DNA from: Thermoanaerobaculia bacterium
Lineage (GTDB): Bacteria > Acidobacteriota > Thermoanaerobaculia > Multivoradales > Multivoraceae
Direction of reading: 5' to 3'
NCBI GenBank assembly: GCA_963664405.1
Contig: OY761158.1
Coordinates: 6,496,001 to 6,560,000 of the forward strand
DNA: 64,000 nt
Positions within the stretch are counted from its first letter, which is position 1, and each line of letters starts with the position of its first letter. This document shows, one piece after another, positions 40,661 to 52,182 of the stretch. The notes beneath the pieces are model-generated. The model was not told the DNA's origin. It saw only the letters and a list, made by a program, of their open reading frames with translations, and did no database searches. The position numbers and the translations under genes were made by a program.

Positions 40661-41935
40661 TCAACGGCATAAACCCTTCCACTCGCGCAGCCGAGCCTCC
40701 GCACCCCTCGTATACTCGGGCGTGAGCAGACTCCGGCCAGAGGCTTCCAGCGGCGCGCTGAAGCGCAGCTCTCGCTCCTCTTCAGGGTGGAAGCTGGAGA
40801 TCACTCGGCGATGGCAGCGAATACAAGCACCCCGCAAGGTTGTCACCGGTGCGACCATCTGTGAGGGCATGCCGTCGACAAAGCCCGTGCGCGACATCGC
40901 CTCTTCATCGAGATCGGCGTAGACGAGCTCATCCGAGTCGAAGTTTCGCTGGTAGCGCACAGAGCGGAAGCGAACCTGCTCCTCCGCCTGTCTGTGCTCG
41001 TCCACATCGAGGCTGAGCTGCCCTCGAAACGAGACCTGCTGCCAGAACGCGACCTGATCTGTCGGCTGGATCTCGAAGTCGCTGTCGAGTACGTTGAAAT
41101 AGAGAAGCAGCACAGATTCGACGTCGGCTACCTCTAGCGCCAGCCGGCCCATGCGATCGTAGGGTGTGCCGCCGGTGAGGTACTCCTTCACCGCCTGACG
41201 CCCCTCGGGACCGGAGGTTGTGAAGAACACCCGCACCGTAAAGCGCCCGTGTAGGAGTCGGGCATGTGCTTCCGGAGGAGGAAGCATCTCGACAATGGTG
41301 CCGTCTTGCGCCGCGATGTCGCCGGCCAACGCCTCGATCTCGGGGACGCCGGCCAGCTCTGGCAAGCCGGCCAGCGTGGACGGAAGAGAGCTGACGTCCT
41401 CAGCCGAGTATGCCGTATCCTGCAACAGCGACATCGTCTCGCAGCGAAGGCGCTCGAGGCCCGGGCTCGCCGCGTTCTCGGACGCGTCCGCCACCGCATG
41501 GGCGAGCTCCCAGGCGGTACTGTGAAACATGAGCCGCTCCTGCGCTGAAGCCTCTGCAACGCGGCCTCTGATCTCGCCAAGCACAGTTACCAGAGCTTCC
41601 ACCTTGGCCGGCTCTCTGAGATCTCCCGCCAAGCCCTGCGTCGCGCGGGTGACGACGCCGTGAAGATCGGTCGGGAAGGGAAGCATGCAAGCGCCGGTCC
41701 GGGAGTACCAGGCACGCACGTCGCCTCTGTCCCACGAACCTCTCAACCCGCGTGCACTGCAAAGTGCAGGACTGGCCGCGACGATCACCTCCCCACCCTG
41801 GATCAGCTCCATCATCCGCCGATGCAGCGGACCCATAGAGGAGCCCGCCGCGGCTGCCGGCGTCAGAAGCAAAAGAACCAGACTAGGCAGGCTTAAAGTC
41901 GAGAGGGTGGGGCGTTGTCGCAGTACGGTCCTCAC
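40661..41935 (-). CDS. secreted hypothetical protein with a single CxxCH motif
   Basis: Signal peptide; GACIRCH near the C-terminus. Confidence 0.65.
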   Translation of the reverse strand: MRTVLRQRPTLSTLSLPSLVLLLLTPAAAAGSSMGPLHRRMMELIQGGEVIVAASPALCSARGLRGSWDRGDVRAWYSRTGACMLPFPTDLHGVVTRATQGLAGDLREPAKVEALVTVLGEIRGRVAEASAQERLMFHSTAWELAHAVADASENAASPGLERLRCETMSLLQDTAYSAEDVSSLPSTLAGLPELAGVPEIEALAGDIAAQDGTIVEMLPPPEAHARLLHGRFTVRVFFTTSGPEGRQAVKEYLTGGTPYDRMGRLALEVADVESVLLLYFNVLDSDFEIQPTDQVAFWQQVSFRGQLSLDVDEHRQAEEQVRFRSVRYQRNFDSDELVYADLDEEAMSRTGFVDGMPSQMVAPVTTLRGACIRCHRRVISSFHPEEERELRFSAPLEASGRSLLTPEYTRGAEARLREWKGLCR

Positions 41936-41999
41936 GCCCGGCCTAAGATATCATCTGGCGCCCCGGCCCTCGCGTCGGCAACACCTCCGTTCATCCTTA

Positions 42000-44004
42000 G
42001 GGTCGGCGCGGAAATAACTTCACATTATCGCCGGAGCGTGTGAGGCCGAGGCGCCACAGGGCGGTCGCTGCATTGGAGGTGGTGGTGAGCTGAGCCCAGG
42101 CTGTGGGGCAAGCTCTTCCTGCTCGGTTCGCGGTCTCGGCGAGAGGGTGTAGTTCCACTTTCCTAGGAAGTCGCTCCTGGCCACCGCGAGCTGCAGCATT
42201 TCCTTGTCCGATACCCTGACTCCTTTCTGGTATTGGCGTTGATCACGGCACGGCTCGACGCGCAGTCCGGTGGATGTCGTCGTGTTGCGGACGAGGTTGA
42301 CGAGGATCTCGAAACTCTCGAGAGGAACTCCGGCCCAGTTCTTGCTGATCTCGCTGAACATCCTGTGCTCGATGGGATTCCATTTACTGGTGCCAGTTGG
42401 ATAGTGGGCGACGGTGATGATGAGGCCGCACTTGTCTACGAGCTTCTCCTGGAGGTACTTCTTCCAGGCTCGAAGCCGTGCGCCGTTGCTTGCGCCGCTG
42501 TCGGCAAGAATGAGGAGACGCTGAGACGCCGGATAGTGAGATCGACCGTATTTGAGCCACCAGGTCGCGATGCTGTTGACAGCGAACTCCGGCGTGTCCG
42601 ACGACTGTCCGAGGACGAGAACGCCGAAGTTCCTCTGAAGATCGTAGATCCCATAGGGGGAGGCGATGGCGAGAGCTTCGGACCGGAAGTCGTGATCCTT
42701 GACCCGCTTGGCCTCGCGGCACCATGTCTGTCCCTGGTTCTTGAACCGACCGATCAGCTCCTTCTTCTTCGTATCGACGCTGATGATCGGGTCGCCAGCG
42801 CTTGTGAAATCCTCGCGCAGTCGCTTGATGGCCTTGAACTGTGCATCACGATCTGGGGAGTTCCCCGAAGACAGACATTTCCTATTGCTCTTGAGGGAAT
42901 AGTTCAGGTCTGCGAGCAATCGACGCACCACCGTAGCCGATACGATGATGTCAAGGCGTTCGGCAAGGCATTGGGCCACCTTTGCAGCGGTCTCGTGCGT
43001 CCATCTTTTTGATGACATGGGATCACCAGCTATATCGGCCTCGAGTATGGAATGGATTCCATCGACTATCTCGGGCGTTTTTTTTCCACTCGTTGGTTGC
43101 CACCGCCTGCTCTTCGAACTCTTCCGCGCTCCACGGAGCCGCCGAAGAGCTCGCGACGTCCTTTTGCGACTGTATGAGGGTCCAGGTCCAGAAGATCGGC
43201 GATCTTCCGGTCGCCGCCATGCCCGAGCTTGGTCGCTTCCAGGCCAGCGAAGAGCCGCCGCTGGCGTTCGTCTAGCAGGCTGAAGAATAAAACGATGGCA
43301 GCCCTGAGCTCCTCGGGGAGCACTTCTGGAACGAGGCTGGCAGCTACATCCTGGAGAGCCTGCCGTTCGTTGCGCATCAGCTTCTGCTGACGACGGCGCC
43401 CTGTTTCCGAGCACAAGTATACGAACCTCTTCCCAACTCTGGATCGTACGATTCTCTTGCGACGAACGAGGTGCAACATCGCGTGCTTGACCTCGACCTG
43501 CAGCAGGAGCTCGAGTTCAGAAGCCGTATAGCCGGCAGCGGACCGGTCCACGGCAGCCACCGCAGTTTCGAGGAGGCTGCCATGCCGACTGAACCTCGCC
43601 GAACCGCACGACCACAAACCCAGATCGTCGAAATCGGGAATCTCGTTCAAGGTATAGAACCGCCCTCGATCCGAGTAGCTGGCCAAATAGCCCAATCGAG
43701 ACAGCGAACGGTAGACCGTCATGGTGGCTCGGGTTCCCATGGCGTCCTTGAGCTCATCCATGGTGGCCATCTGTTCGCTCATCAAGAGCTCGCGCACTGT
43801 TGCATCACGATCTTCGGCTCGTACCATTTGGTATAGTTCCCCTTCCAAAAGAGGTGACAGGGAAAACTATACCAAATGCGGGCAGGGCTATGCTAGCTCT
43901 AAACCTTGCAAACAAGGCGCGTACCGGAGGATTATGCGGTGGCTGAAGAAGGGGGCAGTGGTATGGTCACCCCAGATACTGGAAACTTATTTCCGCGCCG
44001 ACCC
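42000..44004 (-). mobile_element. ISAzo13-family element, 2005 bp
   Basis: 18-bp IR GGGTCGGCGCGGAAATAA / TTATTTCCGCGCCGACCC; 3-bp TSD TTA. Confidence 0.9.
42020..43848 (-). CDS. ISAzo13 transposase, two ORFs joined at an A8 slippery site (43078-43085)
   Basis: LDERQRRLFAG...GHGG in ORF A; ISVDTKKKELIG, ADSGASN and SKWNPIEHRMFS in ORF B. Confidence 0.88.
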
Positions 44005-44103
44005 TTAGGAGACGCCTCATGGGATCCCTCGACGGAATCAAAGTGATAGAGATCGCCGGCATCGGCCCAGGATCCTTCTGCGCGATGATGCTCTCGGACA
44101 TGC

Positions 44104-44739
44104 TCAGGAGCCACCGGCCAGCGCTCCCGCAACGGCTCCGGGTGGCTGGTCATTGATGGCGGCCATGAGGCCCGCCTGCGAGTCCCCGGCAAAGGGTCGC
44201 GCCCCTGTCACCATCTCATAGAGGACCGCACCGGGGCCCCAGATGTCGGAGCGCTCGTCGGCCTCCTTGCCTTCGAGCTGCTCAGGGGCCATGTACTGGA
44301 GGGTCCCCAGGATCGAGCCTTCGCCCGTCAGCGGTTGGGTGACGGTCGGGGTCTGGGTGTCCCCCACGGTCGGCCCGGCGTGAACCACGCCCTTGGCGAG
44401 GCCGAAGTCCAGGACCTTGGCTCCGTCCCGAGTCAGCATGACATTGCCAGGTTTGAGGTCCCGGTGGATCACTCCGTGACGATGGGCGGCATCGACGGCC
44501 TCGGCGATCTGCGATCCGATCGTCGCCACCTCATCCAGCGGCATGGCGCCGCGTCGAAGCCGGTCCTCGAGGGTCTCGCCCTCCAGGTACTCCATGACCA
44601 GGTAGTCGACACCGTCTTCACTGCCGATGTCGTAGAGCGTGCAGACATGAGGATGGGTCAGCTGCGCGATTGTCTTCGCTTCACGCTCCAGCCGCTGACG
44701 GTAGAGCCTGTCCTGCCCGAGCTCCCCAGGCAGCACCAC
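44104..44739 (-). pseudogene. Ser/Thr kinase internal fragment
   Basis: HRDLKPGN, DFG and APE present; Gly-loop and catalytic Lys missing, C-terminus truncated. Confidence 0.85.
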
Positions 44740-44769
44740 CCTTCTGTCTGAAATCCGTCAAGTTGGCCT

Positions 44770-44948
44770 CTAGACCAGCGTTTCCAAAGTTCGCGACACC
44801 TATCTCGGCCCCTTCTGCCCGCTGGCGGCGTTGGCTGGGCGTCCCCGCGCTCCTCGACAGATTCCCAATATGCCTGCGTCGGCGCGCCTTGCCAGCGAAC
44901 AGAATGACCTCGAGCTATGCGACTCGAACTTCGGAAACGCTGGTCTAG
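44770..44948. mobile_element. MITE-like palindromic element, 179 bp
   Basis: TIRs CTAGACCAGCGTTTCCAAAGTTCG / CGAACTTCGGAAACGCTGGTCTAG; second copy at 54488. Confidence 0.85.
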
Positions 44949-45202
44949 TCCCCGAGCCAGAGTGGGTGGATCCGAACCGATCGTCGTGGAAAAAGATAGG
45001 TCGCGTAACCGCCGAGTGGTCAACAACATCGCCGAGAGGGGTGACCGGAGGATTACGCCATGGATGAGGGTGGCGCGCCAGGGCGAGAGGTTCTGGAGCT
45101 CCGCATAGCGATGGAACGGACTCTCCGGGGTCGGATTCGCGAAGCGATAGAGGCGACCTTGGCAGATCTCGATGAGGCGCTGGGCTAAACTCTTCTGGCC
45201 CA

Positions 45203-46249
45203 CTAGAAGTTGTAGGTCAGGCGCACATCGATGCTGTCGACGTTGACGGCTTCCGGTCGATCGCCGACGGCCGCTAGATCATCCTCGGAGTACTCGAGCT
45301 GGAGGTCGAGAACCGCGTTCAATTTGTAGGCGAGGCCGAATCGCATTGTCTCGAGTTTCGACTCGTCGGCTTCCGACCAGTCGGCGATGAAGTCGACTTG
45401 CTGGCTCAGATGCAGGGTGAGCTCGGCGATGGAGTAGGTCTCGTCGGAGATCGTACCCACAAAGTCTCCGTCGAGCTCGATCCACTCGTAAGAAAGGTCG
45501 AAGAGCGGATTCTGAAAGCCGACGCCGACGTCGGAGATGGACCTCTTGGCGTCGATCGCATCGCCGATGTAGCGCTCTTCGATCCCGGCGAAGGCGTAAA
45601 ACCCGCGCTCGCCCTGCGGCTGGTAGCGCAGGTCGAAGAAGTAGTTGTCCGACAAACTAGAACCGTTGATGTTGCCGAGCCCGCTATCCTCGAAGTACTC
45701 GGCGGTGCTCGAGCTGGTGTCGAAGGCTCCGGCGCGGAAGACCGAGGTCTCTCCGACGTCGTAGCTGAGGATGAGCGCCGGTCCACTTTGGTTCGACACT
45801 GCAAAGCCGCCCGCACCGCCGAACTCGAGCGACGATTGCACGCTGCGGTCGCCGGGGAAGCCGGCTGCCTTCAACCCGAAGAGTAAAGGTTGCACTCCCG
45901 CCGAAAGAGCGGAACCTGCACCGGTGAATCCATTCCAGACGATAAAGGCTTCGGGGATGAAGGCCTCACTGTCGACGCTGTCACCGGTGACGTTGGTGGC
46001 GCCGAGCAGCAGCACGGCCTCGAAGTCGCCGTAGAGGGCCTCGAAGAGTACGCTGATCTGGTTGACCTCGAAACGATCTCCGCCGTCCTCTTCAGGGTAG
46101 CGGTCGCCGTCGCCATACTCGGCCCTGATATAGCCGCTGATGTCGAGGTCGCCGAGAAAATCGGATGCGGCCCAGGCGTTGTGCGTCATCGCGACCGCTA
46201 GGAGAGCCGTGACTCCGGCCGGCCCGAGTTTGCGGATGTGGTCGTACAC
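45203..46249 (-). CDS. outer-membrane porin-like beta-barrel protein
   Basis: Signal peptide, LDISGYIRAEY first strand, C-terminal RLTYNF. Confidence 0.75.
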   Translation of the reverse strand: MYDHIRKLGPAGVTALLAVAMTHNAWAASDFLGDLDISGYIRAEYGDGDRYPEEDGGDRFEVNQISVLFEALYGDFEAVLLLGATNVTGDSVDSEAFIPEAFIVWNGFTGAGSALSAGVQPLLFGLKAAGFPGDRSVQSSLEFGGAGGFAVSNQSGPALILSYDVGETSVFRAGAFDTSSSTAEYFEDSGLGNINGSSLSDNYFFDLRYQPQGERGFYAFAGIEERYIGDAIDAKRSISDVGVGFQNPLFDLSYEWIELDGDFVGTISDETYSIAELTLHLSQQVDFIADWSEADESKLETMRFGLAYKLNAVLDLQLEYSEDDLAAVGDRPEAVNVDSIDVRLTYNF

Positions 46250-46416
46250 TTTGGTGATTCCTCTCCTTGGGGAGCTTGGTGTCGAAGCCCTCGCTGCTTG
46301 GGCCACTCGGTGCCGCGATTCTTCGCTGCCCGGCGTCTACTGTCAAGCCCGATCTTGCAGGAAATCTACTGCCCCGGCGTCGGTCGGAGTCGTGGACTGT
46401 TGTAGTGTCTGCGACG

Positions 46417-47559
46417 GTGTCTGATAGGCATTTGCGACAGGCGTTGAGACTCGCCGCCAAGGGGCGCTATCGGACGGCTCCGAATCCGCGGGTCGGTGCG
46501 GTTGTCACCGACTCCGAGGGAGTCGTCGTGGGTCGTGGCTTTCATCGCGCGTTGGGTGAGAGCCATGCCGAAGTAGTGGCGCTCAACGAGGCGGGAGCGA
46601 AAGCGCACGGCGGATCGCTTTACGTCACCCTCGAGCCCTGCTCTCATCACGGTCGCACGCCGCCCTGCACCGCGGCCGTGCTTGAGTCGGGAGTGCGACG
46701 CGTCGTCGCCTGCCATGTCGACCCGAATCCAAGCGTCTCGGGCCAGGGTTTTCACACCCTCGCCAGGGCTGGATTGGAGGTGAAGTGGGGCGAGCGGATG
46801 GAGGAAGCCCTCGCTTTGAACTTGGGCTTTGTGGTTTCCCATCTGCTCAAAAGACCGCAGGTGTCGCTGAAGTGGGCGATGAGTCTCGATGGCCGCATCG
46901 CCACCAGCGCCGGAGAAAGTCAGTGGATCTCATCCCCTAAAGGCCGTCGATGGGCACTGGCCTTGCGCGAGGAGCACGACGCCATCCTGGTGGGCAGTGG
47001 CACCGCACTCACAGACGATCCGTCCCTCGATCGTCGTCTCGGTTACTCCGGCAGCCCGAACACCAGGGTGATTCTCGATCGGAGGCTGCGTCTCCAGGCC
47101 GACGCCCGTCTCTTTGCCGCCGAGGGTCCGGTGCTGGTGTATACGGAGTCCGCTGACGCGTCGCGCAAGAAAGCGCTGGAGGGGGCCGGGGCCCGGGTCA
47201 TCCGCCGCGCGCAACTGACCCTGCCCAAGGTGCTGCGCGATCTCCACCGCCGCGGCGTTCAGAGCCTGTTGGTCGAGGGCGGAGGGATGATCCTCGGAGC
47301 CTTCGTCGGCGCCGACCTCTTCGATCGGGTGGAAGTGTGTTGCGCTCCGATGCTGATCGGAGCGGAAGGTGCACCTGGACCGGTTGGCGGCACCGGGGTC
47401 GACACCCTCGCTTCTAGCCCTCGGCTTACCGATCTCGAGGTCCGTCGCCGAGGCCCTGACTTGATCCTGTCGGCGCTGCGTCGCGGTTTGCTCGCCGAGC
47501 TGGAAACGAGGTTGGAAGCCGCGACGAGCGCGCAGACGACGTCATCGAGCCGAGGCTAA
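46417..47559 (+). CDS. ribD: riboflavin biosynthesis deaminase/reductase; start approximate
   Basis: PNPRVGAV, HAE, TLEPCSHHGRTPPC, SLDGRIAT...SQWIS, LLVEGGG. Confidence 0.95.
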   Translation: MSDRHLRQALRLAAKGRYRTAPNPRVGAVVTDSEGVVVGRGFHRALGESHAEVVALNEAGAKAHGGSLYVTLEPCSHHGRTPPCTAAVLESGVRRVVACHVDPNPSVSGQGFHTLARAGLEVKWGERMEEALALNLGFVVSHLLKRPQVSLKWAMSLDGRIATSAGESQWISSPKGRRWALALREEHDAILVGSGTALTDDPSLDRRLGYSGSPNTRVILDRRLRLQADARLFAAEGPVLVYTESADASRKKALEGAGARVIRRAQLTLPKVLRDLHRRGVQSLLVEGGGMILGAFVGADLFDRVEVCCAPMLIGAEGAPGPVGGTGVDTLASSPRLTDLEVRRRGPDLILSALRRGLLAELETRLEAATSAQTTSSSRG

Positions 47560-48506
47560 TGTCCCTGGTCAGCTATCCCCGCCCGGAGGTGGGCCGCTGG
47601 TTCGTTCGTCGCGCCTTTCGCAAGTGGCCGGGGCGGCGCAGGCGTTGGCTGGATCTGGTTTCTGGGACCATCCGTCAGGACAGCCCCGGTGTCGACCTGC
47701 CAACAGCGAAGGGGCTGCGCCCGCTCCCCGATCTGCTATACCTACCGCCGGTCGAGCCTGGTGTGGAAGAGGCTCGGGGGGAGATGATCCGGAACCTCGC
47801 CGAGAGCGGGGCAGCAGTCTTGGTGCAGTGCTCGCCACAGGGCCCATTCCCGCCCGCTACGCCCGGGGTATCCGTGGTCGTCGATGTGCTCGAGGATCTG
47901 CTCTCTGAATCACTCGACGGTCTCGGTCCCCTGCCCTCGGGTTGCGCCGTTGCTTGGCCCCTCCTCGGCGGGATCAGCGATGGCCCCGAGCTCCTGGATC
48001 GGGTGTTCGCGCACTTCGCCGAGGAGGGAGTGAGCTGTGTCCAGGCCGTGACTCCCTCGTTTTCGGCCCGCGATCGGCAGCAGTTGGTGGCGGAGAGAGG
48101 GGGCGGAGATGAGTTCTTCGATTCACTCTTTCATCGCCGGCCTGCTTCGGAGCGTGATCTCGCGGCGGTGGCGGTGAGGCACGGTCTCGGATCCTTCTTC
48201 CTGCGACCTTCACGAGCCGCGAGCCGCCACGAGCGGAACCTCGAGTTGGCTGAGACCCTGGCCCTTGCCGGTGAGGTCTGGCTGCGCCTCGGTCGCTCCG
48301 AGGTTGGCGGCCAGGCTCTCTTTCGTGCCTCGCGTTGGGCAGCCGAAACGCCGGTTGAGGTTCGTGCCGTGGCCCTCGAGGGCAATCTCGGCGTGGTGGA
48401 CTGGGTCGCCGGCGAGGTCACCGAGTTGATAGTGGAGTGGGCCTCGACCGGAGGCTCGAAGCAGTTAGAGGAGTGGCTCGGGGAGTACGCAGAGGGGGGA
48501 GAGTAA
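47559..48506 (+). CDS. hypothetical protein
   Basis: TAATG coupling to both ribD and ltaE. Confidence 0.7.
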   Translation: MSLVSYPRPEVGRWFVRRAFRKWPGRRRRWLDLVSGTIRQDSPGVDLPTAKGLRPLPDLLYLPPVEPGVEEARGEMIRNLAESGAAVLVQCSPQGPFPPATPGVSVVVDVLEDLLSESLDGLGPLPSGCAVAWPLLGGISDGPELLDRVFAHFAEEGVSCVQAVTPSFSARDRQQLVAERGGGDEFFDSLFHRRPASERDLAAVAVRHGLGSFFLRPSRAASRHERNLELAETLALAGEVWLRLGRSEVGGQALFRASRWAAETPVEVRAVALEGNLGVVDWVAGEVTELIVEWASTGGSKQLEEWLGEYAEGGE

Positions 48507-49540
48507 TGGAGATGATCGACCTCAGATCCGACACCGTGACCCGCCCCGATGCCGAGATGAGAAGGGCGATGGCGGAGGCCGAGGTTGGCGACGATGTCTA
48601 CGGTGAGGACCCAACCGTGCGCGAGCTCGAAGAAGAGGCTGCGGGCACGGTAGGCAAAGAGGCCGCTTTATTCGTGCCCTCTGGAACAATGGGCAACCAG
48701 GTCTGCCTGCACCTTCATACGCGGCCGGGAGACGAGATCCTCTGTGAAGCGATGAGCCATGTCTTTCACTACGAGATGGGCGCCTTGGCGGCGCTCTCCG
48801 GGGTTCAGGCGAAGCCGCTGACCTCGGCGGACGGACTGCTCGATCCAGATGTCGTGAGGGCCGCGATCGTTCGTGATGTGCCCTACCAGTCGCGAACCGC
48901 GGCGCTGGTGGTGGAAAATACCCACAATCTCGCCGGGGGTACTGTCTACGACCAACAGCGTCTGAATGAACTTGCCGAGGCGGCGAGAGAGGGCGGAATC
49001 CGTCTTCACGTCGACGGTGCCAGAATCTTCAATGCGGCCGTGGCATTGGGGTGTAGTGTGGCCGCGCTCGCCGAGGGTTGTGACTCTCTCACCTTCTGTC
49101 TCTCGAAGGGCCTGGGGGCTCCGGTCGGCTCACTGATCTGTGGCTCAGAAGACTTCATTCTCGAAGCGCGGCGGATACGCAAGATGCTGGGCGGCGGGAT
49201 GCGTCAGGTCGGCGTCCTGGCGGCCGCCGGCTTGGTCGCGCTGAGAAAGGGGCCGCTGGCATTGGCGGAAGACCACAGCAACGCCTCTCTCCTCGCCGAT
49301 GGGCTTTCGGAGCTTTCCGGGGTAACGATCGCGGGTCCGAAGTTGCGTACGAATATCGTTGTCTGCCGCTTACGAGAAATGTCGGCTTCGGTTCTGGCCG
49401 CGAAGCTCGAGGCAGAGGGCGTGTTGTCCATTCCCCTGGCCGAGGATCGTCTGCGCTTCGTTACCCATCGGGATCTGGTGAGAGATCAGGTCGAACGGGC
49501 TCTGGAGATCGCTCGTCGAGTGATCCTTGCTCCTCCTTGA
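48506..49540 (+). CDS. ltaE: low-specificity L-threonine aldolase
   Basis: [46 protein letters not shown]. Confidence 0.93.
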   Translation: MEMIDLRSDTVTRPDAEMRRAMAEAEVGDDVYGEDPTVRELEEEAAGTVGKEAALFVPSGTMGNQVCLHLHTRPGDEILCEAMSHVFHYEMGALAALSGVQAKPLTSADGLLDPDVVRAAIVRDVPYQSRTAALVVENTHNLAGGTVYDQQRLNELAEAAREGGIRLHVDGARIFNAAVALGCSVAALAEGCDSLTFCLSKGLGAPVGSLICGSEDFILEARRIRKMLGGGMRQVGVLAAAGLVALRKGPLALAEDHSNASLLADGLSELSGVTIAGPKLRTNIVVCRLREMSASVLAAKLEAEGVLSIPLAEDRLRFVTHRDLVRDQVERALEIARRVILAPP

Positions 49541-50066
49541 GGACGCAGACATAAGGGAGGTTTCTCCAGCCCTCGTTCCAATCGAGGCCGTAGCCGACGA
49601 CGAAGCGATCGCTGATCTCGAAGCCGCAGTAGTCGATTGGGACCTCAACGCGGCGGCGCTCGCGCTTGTCGAGGAGGGCACACAAGCGTACGGTCCGCGC
49701 GCCTCTGAAGCGAAAAAGGTCGAGGATGGTACGCACTGTGTTGCCGGTATCGACGATGTCTTCGATCAGAAGGACGTCTTTGTCGCGAACGGAAAGGTCG
49801 ATGTCTTTGTGGATGCGTACCTCTCCAGGGCTGGTGGCGCCGCGATAACTCGAGGCCTGGAAGAAATCCACGGCTACGGGCACGCTCAACTGTTTGAGCA
49901 GATCCACCATGAAGAAAATGGCTCCCTTGAGGACGCCGACGCAGATCAGGTCCTTCGATTCGCGATAGTCCTCGTTGAGGCGAGTGGCAAGCTCGGTCAC
50001 GCGTTCCTGGATCTGCTCGCTTGAGATGAGTACTTCGAGACGGGGTGAGGGCGAGCTGGGGATCAT
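49461..50066 (-). CDS. hpt: hypoxanthine phosphoribosyltransferase
   Basis: [24 protein letters not shown]. Confidence 0.95.
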   Translation of the reverse strand: MIPSSPSPRLEVLISSEQIQERVTELATRLNEDYRESKDLICVGVLKGAIFFMVDLLKQLSVPVAVDFFQASSYRGATSPGEVRIHKDIDLSVRDKDVLLIEDIVDTGNTVRTILDLFRFRGARTVRLCALLDKRERRRVEVPIDYCGFEISDRFVVGYGLDWNEGWRNLPYVCVLKEEQGSLDERSPEPVRPDLSPDPDG

Positions 50067-50250
50067 TGTCTTGGTTCAATGTTTCGCTCGCCGATCCTAT
50101 CTCCTTGCTGGGCCACCACGGCGACGAGAGCAGTGATAAGTTGCTGTCTCGCCCTAGCCTACGGAAGTGATGGCCATCACCTCTATGGGCTGGGAAAACA
50201 GGTCGTTGCAGGTGCCGAGGCGCTTGCGCTGCGGGCTTGCAGGGGGGCGC

Positions 50251-50586
50251 ATGAAGCTGACAGAGCGAATAGTCGGCGACGCGGTTGTTGTCGATGTCGA
50301 AGGGAGGCCCAGTGTCTCTCGCGGTTCCGGTATGGTGAATGTGGTGGAGGATCTACTGAAGAGGAAGGTGCGGGCCATTGTCCTCAACCTTCGCGTCAGA
50401 GGCTTTGACAGTAGCTGCATGGGAGAGGCACTGGTCTGTCACTTGAAGGCGAAGAGGCGGGGTGCGGCTCTCTGCGTCGTCTCTGACGACATCAAGATCT
50501 GGGATGTAATCAAAGCGATGCAGCTCGATCGTGTGCTTGACTGTCACCACGCCGAGGAGGGGGCTCTGGCCGCCTTGAGGAACTGA
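50251..50586 (+). CDS. STAS-domain anti-sigma factor antagonist
   Basis: IVLNL...FDSSCMG phosphorylation-site motif. Confidence 0.75.
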   Translation: MKLTERIVGDAVVVDVEGRPSVSRGSGMVNVVEDLLKRKVRAIVLNLRVRGFDSSCMGEALVCHLKAKRRGAALCVVSDDIKIWDVIKAMQLDRVLDCHHAEEGALAALRN

Positions 50587-50603
50587 AGAGCAGAGGATCG
50601 AGC

Positions 50604-50858
50604 TTGGCCATCAAAGTAGCTGCCGACACTCGCAAGGCGTTGGTCACATCGATCAAGCGTTACTTCAAAGAGGAGCTGGATCAGGAGATCGGCGATCTCA
50701 AGGCGGAGCTGTTCCTGCAGTTCTGTCTCGAGGAAGTCGGCGCAACGGTCTACAACCAAGCGATTGCCGATGCTCAGGCATACTTCCAGGGGAAGATCGA
50801 GGACCTCGAGGGCTCTTGCTTCGAGCCAGAGCTCTCTTATTGGGAGAAGTCTCGCTGA
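50604..50858 (+). CDS. DUF2164 family protein
   Basis: SIKRYF.EEL..EIG...AE...VYNQAIADAQ. Confidence 0.8.
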   Translation: MAIKVAADTRKALVTSIKRYFKEELDQEIGDLKAELFLQFCLEEVGATVYNQAIADAQAYFQGKIEDLEGSCFEPELSYWEKSR

Positions 50859-50925
50859 GACGACGCCTGCACTCAGCTCTTCGTTCTCTCCGGTTTGACG
50901 GCGCCGATGCAAACGACCGGTACGC

Positions 50926-51345
50926 TCAACGCGATCTCGCCTGGCGGCTAGCGACTTCGTTAAGGCGGCGCTCCAGATCCACGAAGGTATCCTCGACGCG
51001 GTCCAGTGGCGGAATGGCCTTCCACGCTTTCAAGAAGCCGACTCGAATGAGGGTGTGGCGAAGAAGCGCTGAACCGTCGGCGAATCGGATGCGAAACGAG
51101 TCGGTCTCGAGGCCTGCACCCCACGGATCGACCGCGATAACGTTAGCGCCGGGGCCGCAGCGCTGGGCCAGCTCGAGGGTCGAGAAACCGGTACCGCAGC
51201 CGACATCGAGAATAGTGCCGTTCTTGTCGAGGGGAACACGATCGAGAAGCATTCTGCCGAAGGGCGCTGACCAGAGGGGTAGCTCGTCGTAGATCTCGGC
51301 GAAGCTGGGGTCTTCGAGATCGACGTCGTCGAGGAAGTTGAGCAT
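50926..51345 (-). pseudogene. class I SAM methyltransferase with an internal deletion
   Basis: LDVGCGTG motif I and VIAVDPW, then an abrupt jump to a C-terminal-type segment; only 139 aa. Confidence 0.6.
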
Positions 51346-51375
51346 CGATCCACCCTACACTGGACGCGCGCAGTT

Positions 51376-52155
51376 ATGAGGGCAAACGAGGAAGAGGGCG
51401 ACACGGTTCTCGATCGAGGACTACTCACTCTCGTCGGTCATGGAGATCTTCGTTTTTGGAACCCGGTGTCGCCCGAGATCATGGATGGTTTGTTCGCCCA
51501 GCTACCGGTACCGACAGGCGGACTCCTCCTCGATGTCGGCTGTGGACGCGGCGAGCTATTGCTGCGCCTCCTCGAGCGCAACAACTGCCGTGGCTTGGGC
51601 TATGACCCTTTAGTCGAGGCAATCGCGATCGCCCGGCAAGAGGCGAAAGCACGTCTCTCGCCTGGCCGACTGGAGCTGTTGGCGCAACCCTTCGAGGCAT
51701 CTCGGCTGACCCCGGAGTCGGTCGACGTTGCGGCCTGCGTCGGGGCGACGCATGCGATCTCGAATTACCGAGAGAGCCTCCGGGTGCTGCGAGGTCTGGT
51801 GCGTCCAGGAGGAGTCCTGCTGGTCGGTGAGGGATATTGGAAGCAACGCCCGGATCCCAGGTACCTGAGCTTCCTCGGTTGCAGTGAAGACGACCTCTTC
51901 AGCCATCGAGGCAATATCGAGTGCGCCCAGGACCTAGGCCTGGAGCTGCTGGAGGACCGGGAGGCGAGCGCCCGAGAATGGGCTTTGTACGAGGACACCT
52001 ATGCCAGGAATCTTCGGCGTTTCGTTCGCCTTCACCCTGGGGCTCCCCAGGCCCCGTTCTTTGCTGCCCGAGTGCGACGTTGGCGAAAGGCGTATCTCAC
52101 CTGGGGAAGAGATACGCTCGGTTTCGGCCTCTATCTTCTTCGCCGTTCGGAGTAG
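51376..52155 (+). CDS. class I SAM-dependent methyltransferase
   Basis: LLDVGCGRG, CVGATH, VRPGGVLLVGE. Confidence 0.85.
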   Translation: MRANEEEGDTVLDRGLLTLVGHGDLRFWNPVSPEIMDGLFAQLPVPTGGLLLDVGCGRGELLLRLLERNNCRGLGYDPLVEAIAIARQEAKARLSPGRLELLAQPFEASRLTPESVDVAACVGATHAISNYRESLRVLRGLVRPGGVLLVGEGYWKQRPDPRYLSFLGCSEDDLFSHRGNIECAQDLGLELLEDREASAREWALYEDTYARNLRRFVRLHPGAPQAPFFAARVRRWRKAYLTWGRDTLGFGLYLLRRSE

Positions 52156-52182
52156 GGCCTCGGGCCGATGCGGACTTCCCGC

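Noticed and set aside
44658-45203. 181-aa ORF reading through the first MITE
   Set aside because: It is a patchwork of intergenic, MITE and kinase-fragment sequence with no coherent protein signal.
49461-49540. 80-bp convergent overlap of ltaE and hpt
   Set aside because: It is most simply a non-conserved C-terminal run-on of hpt; there is no evidence of function.
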